A stretch of 49,955 nt of DNA from Candidatus Ratteibacteria bacterium. Lineage in GTDB: Bacteria > CAZDME01 > JAYEMH01. The notes under the pieces were generated by a model, which made no database searches, was not told the DNA's origin, and was given only the letters and a program-made list of their open reading frames with translations. Below, piece by piece: positions 47,347 to 49,955 of this stretch (its first letter is position 1; every line of letters begins with the position of its first letter). Location: contig JAYEMH010000007.1 in assembly GCA_034717985.1 (NCBI GenBank), positions 1 through 49,955 of the forward strand. Direction: 5' to 3'. Position numbers and translations under genes: made by a program.

Positions 47347-48471
47347 ATGACCAATCCTTTCAAATTTGGAGAAGCTGTTACCGGAGACTGTTTTGCTGAC
47401 AGAGAGAAGGAAAGCAAGGATATCATTGAGTATATAAAAGCCGGCCAGAATTTATTTATTTATTCATATAGACGATTAGGAAAAACTTCGCTTATTATGA
47501 ATATAATAAAATCTTTGCAGATTAAAAAAGAAGTTATGCCTATATATGTAGATATTCAAAAAGTGACCTCACAAGCGCAGTTTATTGAAGTTTATGCCAG
47601 TGCTATTAGCAGAGCCTTATTCAACTGGAAGGAAAAATTAGAGAAAATATCAAATTTTTTCAGGAAGATTGTTCCCAGTTTTGAAATTGACCGGCAGGGG
47701 GTCTGGAAAATATCTTTTGATTTTTCCAAAACCAAAGCTAACATCGCGAAATCTTTAGAGGAAGTTTTCGAGATGCCGCAAAAGCTCGCCTTTTCTTATA
47801 AGAAGAAAATAGCAGTAATATTTGATGAATTTCAAGAGATAGAAAATCTAAACGGAAAGTCTTTTGAAAAAAGAATCCGTTCTTTTATTCAACACCATAA
47901 TAAAGTTTGCTATATATTTATGGGCAGCAAGACACATATGATTATGGATATGTTTAACAATCCCCAAAGGGCATTTTATAAATCTGGCGCAGTTTATCCT
48001 ATTTCTGTAATTGATAAAACCGAGATGGCACAATTTGTCTATAGACGCTTTTGCGGTTCTGGAAAGCATATTACCAAGAAACTATCAGAAGCGATAGTAA
48101 AAATGGCCGGTGACATTCCGTATAATATTCAGCTGTTGTCGTTTAACGTTTGGTTGTTGGCAAAAAAGAGTGTAACCAAGAAAGATATCTCAAAGGCAGT
48201 AGATACAATAATGCATACTCAGAACGAGTTCTTTTTTAATATTTATGATTCAGCAAGTCTTCATCAAAGGTCGGTATTGTATGCTCTTTCCCAGACGGGA
48301 GAGCTCTTTTCACAAGATACTATTCTGAAATATAATTTAGGTACAAGTTCCTCTGTCCAGGCATCTCTGAAATCCCTGGTTAAAGAAACAGTAGTGCATA
48401 AAGATGAAACAAAATATTATATAGGGGATCCCTTTTTTGAGTTATGGCTCCAGAGGAATATTTCTACATAA
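47347..48471 (+). CDS. AAA-family (archaeal ATPase-like) ATP-binding protein with C-terminal winged helix
   Basis: NPF.FG..V....F.DRE.E, Walker A RRLGKTS, Walker B IFDEFQ, C-terminal DPFF..WL. Start set at ATG 47347. Confidence 0.85.
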   Translation: MTNPFKFGEAVTGDCFADREKESKDIIEYIKAGQNLFIYSYRRLGKTSLIMNIIKSLQIKKEVMPIYVDIQKVTSQAQFIEVYASAISRALFNWKEKLEKISNFFRKIVPSFEIDRQGVWKISFDFSKTKANIAKSLEEVFEMPQKLAFSYKKKIAVIFDEFQEIENLNGKSFEKRIRSFIQHHNKVCYIFMGSKTHMIMDMFNNPQRAFYKSGAVYPISVIDKTEMAQFVYRRFCGSGKHITKKLSEAIVKMAGDIPYNIQLLSFNVWLLAKKSVTKKDISKAVDTIMHTQNEFFFNIYDSASLHQRSVLYALSQTGELFSQDTILKYNLGTSSSVQASLKSLVKETVVHKDETKYYIGDPFFELWLQRNIST

Positions 48472-48530
48472 TGAAAGTTTTTCAAACAGGCGGTTTAATA
48501 ACACTTATGGAGAAGTATAGATATCTTACC

Positions 48531-48559
48531 TTTACACCCCTTACTAAACTTGCTATAAT
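48531..48559 (+). promoter_or_regulatory. Cassette-supplied sigma70 promoter of the intact tRNA-Arg(CCT)
   Basis: TTTACA-17bp-TATAAT with extended TG, about 45 bp upstream of the tRNA. Confidence 0.75.
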
Positions 48560-48604
48560 TTCCATTAAGCATTACACCTACACAGTACACTTTATGTTTT
48601 ACCT

Positions 48605-48682
48605 GCCCCAATAGCTCAGCCCGGATAGAGCACAGGTTTCCTAAACCTGGTGTCGATCGTTCGAATCGGTCTTGGGGCACCA
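48605..48682 (+). tRNA. tRNA-Arg(CCT)
   Basis: Acceptor stem gccccaa/ttggggc, anticodon arm caggt-ttCCTaa-acctg, T-loop ttcgaat, CCA end. Confidence 0.95.
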
Positions 48683-48714
48683 CTGTAACCACGGATGAAC
48701 ACGGAGAAAATATA

Positions 48715-49374
48715 ATGATTGATTTGCATACGCACTCTTTACTTAGCGATGGAGAACTTCTGCCTTCGGAGTTAGTTGCCCGGGCGGTCAAAAAAGGCTA
48801 TCGAGCTATCGCCATTACCGACCACGTTGATACCTCCAATTTTGAATGGGTGATTAAAAATGTGGTGCGGGTTTGCGGAGTGCTCAATAAAAGCCAGAAG
48901 GTTAAAGTCATTCCCGGGGCTGAAGTGACTTATGTTGCCCCGGATTTACTGGCAGGTTTTGTAAAAGAAGTTAGGGCAATGGGGGCAAAAATAATTGTTG
49001 TCCATGGCGAAACGATTGTTGAGTCGGTTTTCCCCGGCACCAACCGCCGGGCGATAGAAGCCGGTGTTGATATCTTGGCCCACCCCGGATTAATTTCCCT
49101 GGAAGACGCCCAATTAGCAAGTCGGAATAATGTTTATTTAGAAATTTCTACCCGCAAGGGCCACTGTTATACTAACGGGCATGTGCTTAGTATGGCCAGG
49201 CAAGCCGGGGCAAAATTGGTTCTTGATACGGATACCCATCAGCCCGGTGATTTGGTAACGATTGAAAAAGCCGGAGCGATTGCCCGGGGAGCCGGTTTAA
49301 CCGAGGAAGAAATTAAAACTATGCGGGTAGATACGGAAGAGTTGATAAAGAAAATCGAAAGGAGGCAGGTATGA
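48715..49374 (+). CDS. PHP-domain protein (histidinol phosphate phosphatase-like)
   Basis: DLHTHS..SDG, AITDH, VHGET, LAHPG and DTDTH motifs. Confidence 0.88.
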   Translation: MIDLHTHSLLSDGELLPSELVARAVKKGYRAIAITDHVDTSNFEWVIKNVVRVCGVLNKSQKVKVIPGAEVTYVAPDLLAGFVKEVRAMGAKIIVVHGETIVESVFPGTNRRAIEAGVDILAHPGLISLEDAQLASRNNVYLEISTRKGHCYTNGHVLSMARQAGAKLVLDTDTHQPGDLVTIEKAGAIARGAGLTEEEIKTMRVDTEELIKKIERRQV

Positions 49375-49814
49375 CGGCAAAAAAAATTATTCTGGTTTTT
49401 AGTTTTGTCTTAATGATGTTTTGCCTGGGGTGCGCTACACTTGGAATGCAAAAAGGAGCGGCGCCCGGGGATGAAGTTTTTCTGGATATGGAAGAGGTGA
49501 TAGCGGTCAATCCTGACCTGCGTTTTGACGATTTACCCATACCGACCGGTTTCCTAATCGATATTACTAATTCTTACGCTTTTCAAAATCAGGAAACCCG
49601 GGTGGCGCTTTTGCGCTATGCCGGCAAAAATTCTGCGCAGAGCTTAATTCAGTTTTTCGTTGAGCAGATGTCCCGGTATAACTGGGTTCTGCTTAATCAG
49701 GTGGAATTTGAGAAGATTATTCTCAATTTTGAAAAAGCCCGGGAAAGCTGTATTGTGATGATTGAGCCCCAGCGAAACAAGATGCTGGTAACCATTTCTA
49801 TCGCCCCGCGATAG
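49371..49814 (+). CDS. Hypothetical lipoprotein
   Basis: Lipobox CLGC. F.D.P.P.GF and W.L patterns. Confidence 0.7.
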   Translation: MTAKKIILVFSFVLMMFCLGCATLGMQKGAAPGDEVFLDMEEVIAVNPDLRFDDLPIPTGFLIDITNSYAFQNQETRVALLRYAGKNSAQSLIQFFVEQMSRYNWVLLNQVEFEKIILNFEKARESCIVMIEPQRNKMLVTISIAPR

Positions 49815-49829
49815 GCTCCTAAAAAGTAC

Positions 49830-49955
49830 TGTTAGCTAAATTTTAAAAGTGCACAGTTTAAGAATTAAAAGTGCACAAGCTTTAAGTCCTTAGTTTTAGC
49901 TCTTTGGATACCCGTAAGTTTATTGTTGTGCCATATCCTTATCTCAGATAATCCG
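49830..49955 (-). mobile_element. Probable IS end: terminal repeat plus the C-terminus of a minus-strand ORF running off the window
   Basis: Begins with TGT and contains TTAAAAGTGCACA twice (49843-49855 and 49865-49877). The minus-strand frame ...GLSEIRIWHNNKLTGIQRAKTKDLKLVHF* ends inside the inner repeat. Confidence 0.5.

Larger units (their letters stand above)
45341..48604 (+). mobile_element. tRNA-Arg(CCT)-integrated cassette/island 2 (3264 bp), no integrase gene
   Basis: Left end 45384-45521 is colinear with 35965-36101. Right end is identical to that of cassette 1. Cargo is AT-rich. Confidence 0.75.

Noticed and set aside
35921-48604. Prophage or classical integron
   Set aside because: No phage structural or replication genes, no IntI, and no attC-like sites were recognised.

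Overview
Bacterial chromosomal window, almost all on the + strand. It comes from a diderm organism, possibly a candidate phylum such as Omnitrophota (inference only). Positions 1-34000 are housekeeping genes: hisI, an interrupted trp operon, manC, pmm, lepB, tonB, nadE, glnA, rpsU, pgsA-plsY-gpsA, hom-thrC-apgM-lysC-cimA, bioY, nrnA, lgt, tRNA-Pro(GGG) and tRNA-Arg(CCG). Two accessory systems stand out. (1) Eight intergenic sites carry arrays of degenerate 7-nt or 9-nt tandem units, seven of them as inverted arms. One brackets a frameshifted four-helix-bundle (IVS/Avd-like) gene, one appears to hold a remnant of such a gene, and three are copies of one ~150-bp element. (2) Two tandem cassettes with no integrase gene (35921-45340 and 45341-48604) sit at tRNA-Arg(CCT). 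They duplicate the 5' half of the tRNA and share a ~137-bp left end and an identical 75-bp right end that carries a replacement tRNA promoter. Also present: a RAYT with long inverted repeats, an IS3 remnant, and a probable IS end at the window edge.
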